Shown in pieces: positions 38,662-50,829 of a stretch of 64,000 nucleotides of DNA. The notes beneath the pieces are model-generated. The model saw nothing but the letters and a program-made list of their open reading frames with translations, was not told the origin of the DNA and did no database searches. The stretch is from positions 881,015 to 945,014 of the forward strand of contig MU054049.1 of the NCBI GenBank assembly GCA_013239625.1, written 5' to 3'. Both the position numbers and the translations under genes were made by a program. Within the stretch, counting starts at the first letter, position 1. Every line of letters begins with the position of its first letter. This DNA is from Lama guanicoe (Eukaryota).

Positions 38662-39114
38662 GGGTGACCGTAAAGAACCTTCAGGCCTTCCAAGTCTTGC
38701 AGAATGTTTTCCACAAAGCTAGCAACCCCGTCCTCTGCACCAAAGTCCTGTTATCCATCAAGACCATGTGGACCTGGAATGCTCGCAACTTCTTTCTGCT
38801 GGAGTGGACCCTGCAGCCCATCTCGCAGTTTGTGGAGATCGTGCATCTGAAGCCAACCCCAGTGCAGGTGCACTTCTTCCAGCTGCTGGAGGCCCTGGTG
38901 TTTGAGATGCATTACGTGCCCCATGAGATCCTGCGGAAGGTGCAGCGCCTGATCAAGGAGAGCCCAGAGCCACTCTGCACCCTCGTGGCCCTGCAGAGTG
39001 TCCTCAGAATAGCTGGCGCAGATCCGCTCTTCACTGACATCTTCCGGGACTCGGGGCTCCTGGGCCTGCTGCTCGCCCAGCTGCGGAAGCAGGCCAAGAT
39101 CCTGAGGAAGTCAG
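38662..39114 (+). CDS. WDFY4: WDFY4 coding exon 8
   Basis: tttttag|GG; (G)VTVKNLQAFQVLQNVFHKAS...FFLLEWTLQPISQFVEI...DSGLLGLLLAQLRKQAKILRKS; G|gtgcct; 453 nt, phase 1-1. Confidence 0.96.
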
Positions 39115-40194
39115 GTGCCTCCCTGGAGCGTCGGGAGGGGGAGGGGGAATGACAAGGGGTGGGTGTCAGTGTTGGCTGGGCCTGGTCTGGGTGCCAGCCC
39201 CGCCACCCACCAACACAACAGAGAAAGTGAGCCCCTCCATGTCACCTGGTGCCATGAGCGTCAGAGATGGTACCCCTGGGGTACATGGCTTCACAGAGCT
39301 GGCAGCCTCCCTGTTTCCTTTATCTTGCCTGATCGTCCCCAACTTTAAGCAGACTCGTGGGCTAAGTCAGGCCTGATGAGTTCTTAGTTTTCAGAGATCT
39401 CCTCCTCCAGACATGGGCTGAGTGTGTAGCTGGGAGGCAGCAGCAGGACAGGTCCTCAGTGATGCAAAGGGAAGGGCAAGGGAGCTCGGAGAGGCCTGGG
39501 GCTCTGGTGGGAGTTGGGGAGGACCCATCTGGGGTCAGCTGGGATATGGCCCCCTTGCTCACATGGTGCTGTCAGGTCCCCCGGCCCTCCACGGGGAGCA
39601 GGGATCAGTCACCAGGGCTGTGCTGGCCCAGCTTGCCCCTCCAAACCTTGGCCACACTTTCGGATGCCCTGCAGCGCTGTGCAGCCATGGCTCCTTGGCA
39701 GCATCCCCTCACCCACCCCTGCCTTGGCCCCGACACTGGGCTCTCAACCTCAGCAGCCTCTGCTCCCGCCATGGGACTCCAGGGTGTCCTCTGTCCGGGC
39801 GGGGGCACACTCAGGAGTGCAGGCTGGGCTCTGCCACTTCTAACCACGCTCCGTGCACGTACCCTGCTGGGGCCACTCTGTGTGCTTGTCCAAAACCCCC
39901 ACCTCCACCAACTTGCAAATAAGAAGCAGGGCATGAAAACTCCTTTCCCAGTTCCTCTTGGCTCTTTCTCACCTGCCCACTCCTGCCACTCTCGGATTTC
40001 AGCCTGGAGGAGAGACCTCAGGACACAAGAATCCAGCCACTCACCTCTCCCCACCTTTCTATGTCTTCTCCTTCTCCTGCACTGGCTGGGAGGGGCCGGG
40101 GGCTCTCTAGTCACTGGCCGCTTTTGGAATTCTACTTTAGACTCAAGCTTAAGTCATCAGTTTGCTTCCTGGGCCTCTCTGCAAGGAAGACACT

Positions 40195-40435
40195 GAGCGG
40201 GAGGAGCGTGGACACTGGGGCCAGACAGCTCTGGCTGGAATCCTGGCTCTGTTACTTACCAGCTGAGTGATCCTGAACAGGTTACTTAACCTCTATGAAC
40301 CTGTTTCTTCTTCTGTTAAATGGGTGACTAGTATCTACATCTAGGGATGTTGTGAGAATTAAATGTGGAAATATCTGAAAAGGACCCATTGCTGTGCTTG
40401 GCACATAATAGATGCTCAAGAATGTTAGTCATCTT
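40195..40435 (+). mobile_element. MIR SINE
   Basis: ggagcgtggacactggggccagacag...gaatcctggctctgttacttaccagctgagtgatcctgaacaggttacttaacctct. Confidence 0.75.
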
Positions 40436-41128
40436 ATCCCCATAGGTTCTGTACCCCTGTGTGGAAGACTGGGATTAAACATGCAAGGGGGAGCTCTCAC
40501 AACTTTTGGAGTCCAAGAAGGACCTGTGCCTTCCTGAAAGTGTTTGCAGATGAGGTCAGGGCACATCTGGGTCTCTGGGCAGGCTTTGGAAAGTATTTTG
40601 TTATATGCATCTCTCTGTTGCTCTTTGGACAGTCTTTTTGCATAATGGGCCTGTGGTACCTTAGCTGTGTGTTGCTTTTCAGTGGCCGGGCGTTGAATTT
40701 GCTTTTAAATCCAACCCCAGACCTATGACCATTCCTAGAAAAATTTGAACTTTTTAATCAGCTGATGTATCCAGTTTCACTTTGTGTTTTCTATTGTTAA
40801 CTGTTTCCTCTTGTTTCTTAGATACTTTGTCTCCGTGTCTGCCCCTTCCTTTCTTCCTTCCTTCCTTCCTTCCCCAAATGTATACCTCTTTTGTTTGTGT
40901 CAAGCACTTTGCAGCGCTGGGGATTCAACAGTGAACACACAGAACTGGTTTTGCCCTCAGGGATCTAATGGGAGGGTTGTAAGTTCACATGAATTGGGAT
41001 CCACATTCCCTTATAATGGAAGCATGATATTCACCTTCCTTGAGAGGATAGAGAACTAATGGAATTGGAGATTTGGGGCCATATCATGTGTATTAAAAGT
41101 TTTTTTCATTGCTTCTTAAATTCAGCAG

Positions 41129-41233
41129 GAAACAAAGAGTCCAATCCTGGAGTTCAGGACACAGAAAGAGAACTGACTTGTGTGATGCTAAGAACCGTGG
41201 TCACGCTTCTGAAAGGGTCAGTTCGGAACGCAG
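41129..41233 (+). CDS. WDFY4: WDFY4 coding exon 9 (alternative acceptor at 41126)
   Basis: ttcagcag|GA; (G)NKESNPGVQDTERELTCVMLRTVVTLLKGSVRNA; G|gtaagg; 105 nt, phase 1-1. Confidence 0.93.
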
Positions 41234-42140
41234 GTAAGGATGGTAGCAAATTCACCTTGTCATTTCATTGCTTGGTAAAATATCAGCTATTTCATGGTGA
41301 TTTATGTCAGTGTTGAAAGGTTTTATCTCAGGAATACACCAACCCACTGTGGCTAATGTCTATTTGCTGGTTGATGTTCAGTCATCTCAGTAAATTGGCA
41401 GATGCTAAATAAGGTTTGGAATCAAAGAGTTATCTTAAATTTATGAGACCACAGAAATCCCATCCCGCTCAAGTAAAATCTTTCAATATCCTGCTATACT
41501 GATTATGGATCCTTTTTTTTTAAAGATTCAAATTGTAAAATACAGGCAAAGAAAGCTCATCATTTTTAAGAGACATAATTTGATGTGCTTCCAGCCCATG
41601 ATGGCTTTAGTAGCTCCATCCATTCAAAAAAGTTTTCGCTTCCTAAGACATGAAGCTCCCATGCTTTAAAAAAATACGTGCACATGATAAATGTGCAAAT
41701 GTAGTATATTGTGAAGCAGATGCCTCAACAGGTGACATCAGTGGGTTTGGTGATTTGGGGCATCTTTATCTGAGGCCCTCATAGGTCAGCTACACCAAGT
41801 GTGAATGATTACTTCATTATGGTAGAGGGTCTCTAATGTTAGACTATACAGGATTCTCTGAAGGGGCTGGTAAATATGGAGGTGCATATTCCTAGACTCC
41901 CTCCCAGACATTTAATTATCAGATCAGGGTAGAGCCCAGGAATCTGCTTCTAAACACGCCTCCAAGGAGATTTCCATGTAAGGGGCACTTGGCGCATAAT
42001 TGGGGAAATCCTGCCTTATTGAGTTGATCAGCTCAAAAACACATCGTGCCATTTGAAGAGTCCAGTTACTTCCTAATTCTTATTCCACACGTGACTACTC
42101 CGAAGATCAATCCTAGGGAAGAAAGTCCTAAGATCACTAT

Positions 42141-42273
42141 TTTTTTTTTGGAGAGGGTTGGTAGTTAAGTTTGTTTGTTTGTTTATTTCAATGGAGGCAC
42201 TGGGGATTGAACCCAGGACCTCGTGCATGCTAAGCATGTGCTCTACTACTGAGCTATACCCTTCCTGCCCCAC
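42141..42273 (-). mobile_element. tRNA-Ala-derived SINE copy 4
   Basis: Reverse complement gggtatagctcagtagtagagcacatgcttagcatgcacgaggtcctgggttcaatccccagtgcctcca plus tail; degenerate TSD aagatcactat (42130) / aagattacttt (42274). Confidence 0.9.
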
Positions 42274-42417
42274 AAGATTACTTTTAAACAAACAAAAATA
42301 CCACTAGCCAAATTTCTTCAATCCTACCTACCCCCTTCGCCTCCCCTGAGAAACTACCTAGAAATTAAATATCTTCTTAACTTGAATTCTGGTTTGCTTT
42401 CAATAAGAATTTTGGAA

Positions 42418-42545
42418 GGGGCAGGGTATAGCTTGATTGGCAGAGTGCATGCTTGGCATGCATGAGGTCCTGTGTTCAATCCCTAGTACCTCCATTAAAA
42501 AATAAATGACTAAACCTAATTACCCCCAAAAAAATTTAAAAAAAA
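42418..42545 (+). mobile_element. tRNA-Ala-derived SINE copy 5
   Basis: ggggcagggtatagcttgattggcagagtgcatgcttggcatgcatgaggtcctgtgttcaatccctagtacctcca plus tail; TSD aagaattttgg at 42405-42415 and 42546-42556. Confidence 0.9.
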
Positions 42546-42935
42546 AAGAATTTTGGCAGAGATAAGAGCAAACTGCCATTGAACCCGGATTAGGGAATAT
42601 GTGGAAATAAGGGCCAGAGGGTGTATCCAGTTTGTATTATTTAGGTTTTTAAAGAAAGAAAAGGGGGAAATTTTTTTTTTCAAAACTAGAATTCTTACTG
42701 GAGAAGAAAGCAGTTTTTCTTTTTAATTCTCAGCTCCATAGTTTCCTTCTTCCTCTTCTTATTTTAACAGTGGGTATAGATTATAGGGAAAAAATTTTTT
42801 CTAATGAACAGGAGAAACAGATACACATGTAGCCCAACAAACTTGGAAATTGTAAGGACAAGCTTTCCTTGTAATTGAAACTAAGGTGCCAAGGCCCACA
42901 TCGCTCTAGCCCCACACTGTCTGTCTGGTCCCCAG

Positions 42936-43126
42936 TTGTCCTGAAAGACCATGGCATGGTGCCCTTCATCAAGATCTTCCTGGATGATGAGTGCTACCGG
43001 GGAGCCTCGCTCAGCATCTTGGAGCAGCTGTCAGTCATCAACGCTGAGGAGTACATGAGCATCATTGTGGGCGCTTTGTGCTCATCCACTCAAGGGGAAC
43101 TGCCGCTGAAACTGGATCTCCTGAAG
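42936..43126 (+). CDS. WDFY4: WDFY4 coding exon 10
   Basis: tccccag|TT; (V)VLKDHGMVPFIKIFLDDECYRGASLSILEQLSVINAEEYMSIIVGALCSSTQGELPLKLDLLK; AAG|gtgatg; 191 nt. Confidence 0.95.
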
Positions 43127-43214
43127 GTGATGTCGAGTCCTTGTTTGTGATGGGCTTTCCCATGGACGTGCTGCAGGTGGTCGGCATTGGCCGTGCATTC
43201 ATTCATTCAGTTGG

Positions 43215-43560
43215 TCAGTGTATCATGCAGGTAGAGTAGTACTAGCTGCTGTAACAAATAAGCCCCCATTGTCAATAGCCTGACACATCAGAGGTTTCTT
43301 TCTTACATACGGCCCAGTGATTGGGAGGAGCATCATTCAGGGACAGCTGTCACCGGGGCATTGAATCCAGCCAGCAGACAAAGGAAGGGAGAGCATGGAG
43401 AATGGCACATATGTTCTTGTTCAGGCCTAGAACTGGTGCCTGTTAACTTCTGGCCAATCTTTTTTGGGCAGAACTTTGGACAGGACTTATCTGGATGCAA
43501 GACGGACCAGGAAATGTAGTCCCTGGTTGGGCAGCTACTTCCTACCAACATGGTAAACTA
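43215..43560 (-). mobile_element. old MaLR LTR (MLT1-type)
   Basis: ctagctgctgtaacaaatagccccc...gaggtttctttcttac...ccaggaaatgtagtccctgg. Confidence 0.55.
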
Positions 43561-44014
43561 TGGAAGTGGATCTCCAATCAGCAATGGCCAAGCAGCTGCT
43601 TGTTTACTTGACTAGCATTTAGCAAGCATCTAATGATGCCAAACGCCCGGGACACACGGTTGAATGAGATTCGGCCCTTGCCATCTAGGAGCTCACAGAC
43701 TGGGGCTAATAATAAGTAAGAAGTCATGGTGATGCAGTGTGGTAAGGTCCTGGTAGACGCTGAGGGCAGGCTGCCATGGGAACAGAGAAGCAGGAGACAC
43801 TAGCGCTGCCTTACGTGTTTGAGGAAGGCTCACAGAGGAGGCAATGCTTGAACTGGGAACAGGAAGCAAAAGGCAGCCAAAGGCGTGGGAACAGTGGTTA
43901 CTAAGGGAGAAGCAAAACTAGGGTGTTGCCTTTGGGCAATGAAAAGGAGTATATGTCTTTGTTTTTGTAGTGCTGTTAATAATCATCAAATTATCTTAAA
44001 GTAGTTAAAGATGG

Positions 44015-44143
44015 GGCATTGGGGTATAGCTCAGTGGTAGAGCGCATGCTCGGCATGCACAAGGTCCTGGGTTCAATCCCCAGTGCCTCTGTTAAGAGGA
44101 GAGGAAAAATCAAAACGAAATGAAACAAAACTAAGATTAAAAC
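44015..44143 (+). mobile_element. tRNA-Ala-derived SINE copy 6
   Basis: ggggtatagctcagtggtagagcgcatgctcggcatgcacaaggtcctgggttcaatccccagtgcctc; TSD agttaaagatgg at 44003-44014 and 44144-44155. Confidence 0.92.
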
Positions 44144-44904
44144 AGTTAAAGATGGTAATAAATACCATCAGCCTCACAGCTCCCACAAGTTTGTTGCTGT
44201 TTCCACTTTTCCACCCCTTTTGTCTTGGTGAGTTTATGCCTTAAAAAAAAAAAAGTCCGCTTTCTTTTGTGTTTAAGAGAAGAGCAGACGTAAATGCAAA
44301 TATCCCCCAGGGAGCTGACTTGCGGACCTGTCCCGTCTATGTGCAAAACAACCCCACGTGCAACACACACTCATGTTTCATTATCACACTGTACTCGATC
44401 GCTGGTGAATTTTATATAAGACAAAGTTGCCCTGACTTCCAAAATTAAACCCTCAACCTTACTTAGCCATGACGATCTCTGTACAAAACCGCTGTAACAG
44501 AGAACAGTGTTCAGTTTATTTTACCTCCTTTATTTCTCAGCCCAGCCTATGTCAGGCACTGATGTAGCTATGTTCCTGTCATCTTGTGACCTAAGCCTGC
44601 AGAGCTTGGCATGGCCAACACGTCATGAAAAGTGCATCCAAAAGTGACTTCATGTATTTCACAGATGATGAAAACCAAAACACTGATTTAATTAGAGAGT
44701 CAAAAAAAAAAAAATCAGTGAAGCTGACTTATGTGAAACAAAAAAGGAAACGTAAAGGTCTTTTGAAAGACACTGGAGTCCCATGATTATGTGAAGGAAC
44801 AGGATTGAGGGAGGCATGGAAAAGGCTGAGTAAGGGAGAGAGATATCAAGAATTAATGACAATTAACTGCTGGGAAGGACCTTAGCTGCTCCATGTGGTC
44901 GAGT

Positions 44905-45125
44905 CTTTTTTCTTTTTTTCTTTTTACCAATAATTTCATTTTTTAATAAATTTTTATTGCAGTATAATCAGTTTACAATGTTGTGTCAATTTCTGGTGTG
45001 CAGCATAATGTTTCAGTCATACACATACAAACATATATTCCTTTTCATATTCGTATTCATTATAGTTTACTACAAGATATTAAATATAGTTCCCTGTGCT
45101 AGCCAAAAGAAACTTCTTGTATACC
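44905..45125 (-). mobile_element. young L1 3'UTR fragment
   Basis: tttttattgcagtataatcagtttacaatgttgtgtcaatttctggtgtg...aaatatagttccctgtgcta; degenerate TSD tggtcgagtctt / tggtccagtctt. Confidence 0.8.
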
Positions 45126-48100
45126 TGGTCCAGTCTTAATGTTCCAGCAGAGACAGACCGGGAGAGCTTCTAGTACCAAATGGAGAAGTTGAGTTTGAAT
45201 CTAAGACTAGTGATTTAAAATCTGGTGATCCTTCCTCTTCACCAGGTTGTTGGTTGCATTTTTTTTTTCTCCTGTGTCTGTGTTCAGCTTAATTTGCATG
45301 AGCCTTATTCTAATCAGGTACAGGGAAGGCAGGGACCAAAGCAGTCAGGGCTTTGGTTTTCTATTGGGTAAATAATTGGCGGTTCTGTCTGTTTCTGACT
45401 TTTTCATATTGAAAGTCAAACAGATCCCCAGAGAGGACAGTTTTTGAAAGTGGTTTTGTGTCCGTTATAGAAAAGTACTCTGCTTTACTCATGGAAAGTT
45501 CATGTTGTTTACTCCACTGCCCAGAGGCACCTTTTTGGAGTGTCAGCCCTTGGGTAATAGGGCAGAATTTCTAGAATTAGCAATGTAAAGCCATTATGGT
45601 GTTTTACAGGTTCAATATCATTTCAGAATCACACTATCAAGAAAGCACGTCAGGGATAAATACCGTGTAAGCTAATTTAACCATAAGAGCTATACCCCAC
45701 ACAGTATGTTGTCTTCTCCCTGGGTGCCAAGTCACTGCTGGGCAGTCAGGAGGGTGCCAGGACCTATCATTTCTCTTCTAAGACCAGGGCTGATAACATG
45801 TTACAGCTCCCATGGTTGGTGGGGAAAGATCAGGTCCCAGAGCCTGATCCAGCCTTGCCCACCACAGAGTCATGTGAGCAACTAGCCAGCGTTTGCTGGA
45901 ATCTGATGTGGGCTCTGCCTTTGTTCTAAATCATCTTGGGAACGCCTTGGAACTTTAGAAACAAAGATGTAAAATTAGCTCTTTCTGGCTGGATCTCCCT
46001 TTTTAGTAGCTGAGAGTGGACCGTGCCCAAAGGACCGCGGTTCTGGTGTAGGATGAGGGGGATGTGATGGAAGGTGGGGACCTCAAAGGCAGGACTCCCT
46101 GCCCCACCACCCAATAAAGGTTTGCCATCTCTGAAATGCATTCACATCATGGTGCCATTCTTACTTCCCTTCCCAGAGGCAAAATCAGCCAGCTGCCCTG
46201 GAGGAGAAAATTCCTCCAGAAACACCCGACTTAAGGCAGTTGCTTCCAAAAAATCCAATGGTGCTTTTCCATACCAATACGGACGCACATGTGACTGCAC
46301 CACCTAATTCTGCCAAATGATAACTGAGTTAAAGAATAATGTAAGCAAATGAATTTCCTCTCCACGGCCAGTGGGACCATGATTGGGTTATGCACAAATT
46401 CAGATTGATTTGCTAATATACATTTAGCTGTTCAACTCTGAGCTTAATCGCATTACCTCACCAGTCTTCCAGCATGACACATGGAAAATTATGAGGAATA
46501 ACAAATAATAGAATGTGAAATAAATCCTGTTAGTCCTAACGTAGTTAGCGCTTTGCAGCAGACATCCATTTTATAGATTCAAGCTGGAGGAATACTAACT
46601 CAGAGCCGATGACATGGTAACTGAGTTAAGGAGGAGAAAATGTGCTTAACGCTGACCTTTCTTGAAATGTGTCAACCCTAGCCTGATTACTTTGACTTCA
46701 GCTGATTGAATTTACTCCCTTCCGCAGACTTGCAAGCCTAGGTGATGCATTATCATGCAAAGTTGAATGACAGTAATGGAGACCCTCCCCCCAGGCCCCC
46801 AGCTCCTGACAAATCGTTTCCCCGAAGTAGCGCAGTATTTATTTTCCTTTATGATAGAAATGTTTCTCTTTAGTTGCTATGAAATTAAGCCTTTGTAATT
46901 GGATTTTGGACTCTTTACTTTATGACTCTGCAAATATGAAATTAACCCCATCCCAAGAAATAATAGAGCAGTCTAAGTTCTAATGAGATTACCCCCATTT
47001 TAGATAATGACTCTGAATTTAATAAATCAAACAAAGCAACAATTAAGGACAGCCACCCCCTCTTCCTCCCCCCTCCCAACAGGAGGAGAAAAGAGCCATC
47101 TAGGAATCACAGGGATAGACCCTCCCAGAGCCACAGATCATGAGAAGGACTATTACTGCGTTGCTTTAAAAAAAAAAAATACCTGCTCTCAATACTTCTT
47201 TGAATGATGGAGACCTTTTGAGCAATATTTGGTGTCAAACTGGACAACTGAAAGGTAGTTTCTAAAGGGAAGAGGGGGGTTTTAGTGGTTATACAGTGCT
47301 CAGATAATTGCTATGATCTGATTAATTTTGTTTTTTAATCATTCTCTCCTTTTGGTGTTTGTTTTGTCCTGCGTCATGTGATAAACACAAGAGCTCTCCA
47401 TTCATTCCATTTGCCTTAAACAACTTCATAGTGGTTTCAGGAGCCATAAATTTAGACAGTTTAACACCCTAGAGCTTAGGATTTCCCAATGTCTTGGTGA
47501 TTTACTTGTTTTTCATGGCGTGAGTCACGTGGCCAGGCACAAGGTCAGGCTGGGACAATGCAGCACATGCCAATGTTCAGCATTTCATGTGGATTATCAA
47601 TTGGCAGGAAGAGACTTCCACCACCACCTGCATTTCAAAGTTAGAATGCATTTCCAACTCTGTCAAAGAAATCACATTCTGTCCGGAGTGAGCTGCTCAC
47701 ACAAGGGAGGCACAGGGGTAGCGTATTTGCCTGTAGCCTCTCCTGGCCCCAGAGTCCCAGGGGTTGGAGATTGGTGAAGGCAGTTGCAGTGATTCCGTCT
47801 CTACAGGAAAAGGTCTTGTCTTATCTAGAAAGCTGTGTGTTGCTACACCATTCACTCTTACATTCACCGAACATCACTATTCCAGACAATCTGCTCTAGC
47901 AATGTATGGACATGCTTCTCTTTAAGGACCTATCTACAAATGTCAAACTTTCCTGGGTTTTGAGCCAAATTCAGAGATAGCTGGGCCGTATCCTGCAGGA
48001 AGCGAGAAAGCAGTTGTCATTGTCCAGTCCCTGAAGTTTCATTTTTGCCTCCATCTTTCAGGCAGTTTGAAAAGTATTTCCCTGAAATCTATCCCATGAC

Positions 48101-50186
48101 TCTGACTTGATCCCCTGTTAGTGGGTGGCCCTGTGATGCTGAGTTTCTTTTAAAAAAAACAAAATGACAATTCAGTTTCCCCCCAGTTATCCCCCTGAGC
48201 TGTGGTGGGTAATCACTGATCTAACCACCATCAGTCATGCATTTTCTTTTCCTATAACTGGGAGAAGATCAATTGACCCATATTGGTAAGGATGAATCTT
48301 TCTATCTCACTCTATGATAATCTGTCCATTTTGAACATAATCGTGGCCTTTGGCCTTTGATAGATTCTTCTAGCTTCTACAGTCTTTGTTTTGTTTTTTT
48401 AATTTCTCGAAATGTCATTGATGGGGCAGAGGGAGAGCTTTCAGCAGCTCCTTGGTCATCATTTCTCTTCATCTTTGAAAGAGTCCTCACCTGTGTGCAT
48501 TTCCTTTCTCCTGGCTCATTTGGTGCCTTCCTATCCCAAGCTTGGGTTGACTTTCCACCAAGCAGCTCAGGCTTCTTGTGGTAGAATATAATATAAGATA
48601 AAATTCGGGTGTTAGGAATATGCATTATATTGTTTCAGATAAATACTAGGGTTAGGTTAGGAGTCCTAACATTTTAGAGGTAAAGCTGGAAAATTACCTT
48701 TCTCTTTCCAAAGTGCATGACTTCATATATCGTAGTTACCTGTACCTTTGCTAGGGTTTCTATTTGACTTTCTCTACATAAGAAATTTTTAAATCTAGGC
48801 CCTTCCCTCCTTTTTCTATCTGACCCACTAGGTTTCTCTTTGTCAATGGACTCTTACGGATTATGCTATAGATTGTCTTCTAAACCACACGTTTAAGACA
48901 TGGCCTCACCCCCTGCTTCCCCAGTTGGTAATTTCTCTTTTATTTTTTTCTCTTGGAACCTTGTTTCAAGTATCCTGGAGTTGGCTTTAAGTTGCGCCTG
49001 CCCCGACAACCCTCTTCCCTGTGTCACTAGAACATTAAATACCCGAAAGGCCGAAACAATTCAAATCTTCCTCCAGAACCTACTAGCAAAATTACAAGGA
49101 CTGGCCATTCTTCAGGAAACATGCCTGAGAAGACTGGGTCTTCAATGGAGGCCCATACAGTTTTTGTGAGCAGTAAATAACTAAATACTGAAAGCTAGAG
49201 GCTTTTGATATTTATCTAAAATCAGCCATACATTCTTCACTTTTAGGTGTGAAGCTTTAGCATAGAATGAGAACTTCTTAAATGTAGTCCTTCCTTTCAG
49301 AACATTTATTGAATACCTAGTGTATACCATGAACTGAGCTCAATGAACGGCATGATGGAAGTGCTTAGTAAATGTTTGATTTTAGAAGGAAGTAAAAATT
49401 TGGCTCTCCTGTAAAAATCTCAGCAGTCTGGTGAAGGTAGAGTCTACTATGTTATGTTGTAAGAGCCTAAACTCCACACGTGGTCTAGTCCCACATGTTT
49501 CCTTCCATGAAGGATTCCTCTTCTCTCCCTAATTCCCTCATGTTTTCACACCAGGTTTTAAGTGGATTCATTTGACTATCTTTCCTCATTTAATAGAAGT
49601 ATCCGTGCTTGCACAGAGAGGGAGATAAATAGTAATAAGCTGTTTTATATAGATTTCACTGTGAGTCTCCTTTGCACAATAAGAAACGGTTCATTTCAGG
49701 AGTTTAGCGAATATTTATTAAGTTCCACAGCAGTGAGTAAGCCTAATTTCATGGTGCTTCAGTCTAGGGAGGGCTGAGACAGTTTTCAAGTAATTTAATA
49801 CACTGTGATGAGAGTTTTGATCGGAGCGGGTAGAGTGGGCTGTGTGAGCACTCAGCCTGGGATGAGCACAAGCTAGGTGTCAGAGAAAGCTTTGTGGTGG
49901 GAGGTGCATTTAAGTCAGGATACAGGTAAATCCACCCTATGAAAGCAGAAGAGACTTTAAGAGCAGCCATTTGAACAAAGACACTGAGGGGCAACCCAAA
50001 ACTAAAATCAAGAGAAGCGGTATGGTACTGACCTCCCAATGTTTCAGAATCACCCTTCTGTAGCTCACTTTTCCTATGGCGTGGAGCTTGGGAGAACACC
50101 CGGAATGCTTTGGCAGGGATGTGCGGGAGCTCAGACTTAAAGACCTGCCTCCTGGAACTTACTCATTTTTATCTTGTTGGTTTCAG

Positions 50187-50767
50187 TCTGTACTCCGGAT
50201 TCTGGAGACCCCCAAAGGCCGTGCTGCTTTCAGAGTCTCCAGTGGGTTCAATGGGCTGCTGTCCCTGCTCTCTGACCTAGAGGGGTCTCTCCAGGACCCC
50301 CCACTGCAGACATGGTCGGTGGTGTCTCCCAGCCAGACCTTGGACCTGGTCCTGCACACACTCTGTGCCCTGTCTGCGGCGCTGCACCTGGACCCGGTCA
50401 ACGGTGACTTCTTCAGGAGGAACGGACTCTTTGAGAAGCTGGCCGAGGACCTCTGCTTGCTGGGCTGTTTTGGGGTCCTGGAGGAAGAGGGCGCCCCTCT
50501 GCAGTCCTGGGAGGACATGAAGGCCAGGCCATTTGCTGATTTGCTGAGTGTGGCCTTTTCTTCTGCCAGCCCACTCCCACCCAAGATACAGAGCTGCCTC
50601 CAGATCCTCAGCTTTCTGGACAGCATGGCCCGAGGTACCCTCCACCTGCGCAGTGACCTGAAAGACTCCCCCAGAGCCAGGCAGGAGCTGGTTGTGGATG
50701 CCCAGAGGGGAGAAGCCAGCAGTGACCCCCAGGGAAACTTCAAGCAGTGGCCGGACCTGGAGGACAG
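50187..50767 (+). CDS. WDFY4: WDFY4 coding exon 11 (gene continues past the window)
   Basis: tttcag|TCT; SVLRILETPKGRAAFRVSSGFNGLLSLLSDLEGSLQ...FFRRNGLFEKLAEDLCLLGCFG...FKQWPDLED; AG|gtagag; 581 nt, ends in phase 2. Confidence 0.96.
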
Positions 50768-50829
50768 GTAGAGCTTTGTTGCCTGCTTCTGCCATCGGGT
50801 TGTCAGTGTGTATCTCCATCTCCCTTGTC

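Noticed and set aside
39422..40196. 166-245-aa overlapping ORFs in a GC-rich intron
   Set aside because: Open in several frames because of high GC; no similarity to a known family, and the spliced WDFY4 frame is complete without them
44021..44092. Apparent tRNA-Ala gene (GGC at the anticodon position), and the five similar copies
   Set aside because: Flanking TSDs, A-rich tails, stem mismatches and six diverged copies in 64 kb indicate SINEs, not functional tRNA genes
50765..50771. In-frame TAG directly after the donor, suggesting a truncated isoform
   Set aside because: Stops overlapping GTAG/GTAA donors are common (also at 35088-35090); no independent evidence for retention
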